Positions 63,010 through 64,000 of a DNA stretch of 64,000 nt are shown here, piece by piece. The translations under genes were made by a program, and so were the position numbers. Below the pieces are notes generated by a model. That model ran no database searches and had not been told where the DNA came from. It worked only from the letters and a program-made list of their open reading frames with translations. Source of the stretch: Gnetum montanum (taxonomy: Eukaryota; Plantae; Gnetophyta); assembly GCA_015680685.1 (NCBI GenBank), contig MNCI01001939.1, positions 80,563 to 144,562 on the forward strand, given 5' to 3'. Numbering within the stretch: position 1 is the first letter of the stretch; every line of letters begins with the position of its first letter.

Positions 63010-64000
63010 TGCTCCACTTGAAGTGGGCTCCCTTATTGATCAGATGTTGCATTAGATGTAGCTTGTCAATTAACCGGGTGATAAACTTGCATATAAATTG
63101 TAACCTACCTTGCAACCCTCATAGCTCCTTAAGGTTGGCCAGTGGTGCTAAGTTGGATATGGCCTTAAACTTATCAAGGTATATGCATATTCTTGCTTTG
63201 GATACTATAAAGCTAAGCATCCAACTTGTTTTGACATCAAAAACACACTTCTTAGTGTTTAACCTAAGCTCATGTTTTAGGAAGGGTTTAAGCACTAGGT
63301 CTAGATCATTTGCATGGTTGTGAGTTACTTTGGACTTAATGACAATGTCATCGATGTAATTGTTGAGCAAACATAGCATATAATCACTAAAAATATATGT
63401 CATCATATGTTAATACATTGCTCTTGTGTTCTTGAGTCCAAAAGACATCATGGTATAGCAAAATGTACCCCAAGGGGTCATGAAGGTTGTATTGAGTTGG
63501 TGCTCAGGGTTGATCCTAATCTGGTTGTAGCTTGAGAACTTGTCCATGATGGACAACAAGGCATGCCTAATTGTGGTATCGTTTAGTTAATTAATACTGG
63601 GTAATGAGAAGTTATCTTTGATGGTTGCCTTGTTGAAGTCCCAGAAGTCTATGCAAATGCATATACTACCATTTTTCTTAGGCACACCTATGATGTTGGA
63701 GACCCAATCCGCATATCAATAGCCCAAATGAAACTAGCCTTGTAAAGCTTAATGATTTCATCATGGAGTACCAATGCCACCTCAGGCTGAACATTCTATG
63801 TTTTTTGTTTAACTAGTTTGATGTGGGGATCAAGAATGATGTTGTGTTAGACTAACTAAGAATCTAGGCCTAGCATGTCCTTGTATGACCATGCAAGTGC
63901 TTTGATGTTATTGTTAAGCGCTTTAGTGATATCTTGAGCATGATAGGGCTCTAGTGATGAGCTTACATTTAGCATTTTCTATTTGCCATTAGGTGTAGCC
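63010..64000 (-). mobile_element. Degenerate Tat/Ogre-type reverse transcriptase, running off the right edge
   Basis: AWSYKDMLGLD, WVSNIIGVPKKNG, TTFMTPWGTFCY..MSFGLKN, YIDDIVIKSK, LQGRLQFI. Ends after the thumb domain (HFKWS). Confidence 0.9.

Overview
Eukaryotic plant nuclear DNA: AT-rich, CpG-depleted, with four N-gaps. The species cannot be determined from the sequence; a non-angiosperm vascular plant is a guess only. Most of the window is old, nested and decayed retrotransposons: Galadriel-like, Athila-like and Tat/Ogre-like Ty3/gypsy elements, three Ty1/copia elements, solo LTRs, a TSD-bounded 5'-truncated L1 LINE and a small tRNA-derived SINE-like family. Host genes are an apparently intact 5-exon PHOSPHO1/PPsPase/PECP-family HAD phosphatase (24480-26106, about 255 aa, two P1BS sites upstream), its tandem pseudogene copy (17678-19206), and a frameshifted LRR receptor-like protein pseudogene (41587-43791, minus strand). 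The most unusual signals are: (i) a retroelement accessory gene present twice (Transposase_32-like domain plus coiled coil), both copies with a splice acceptor directly before the ATG, and one copy with an internal TATA promoter built on a 22-bp CpG-rich palindrome that is also found in an LTR promoter; (ii) a multi-template-switch inverted patch in the phosphatase pseudogene that creates hairpins antisense to the intact paralog; (iii) one-sided CpG loss between the two LTRs of one element. No prokaryote-type system was seen. All coordinates and counts were read by eye.
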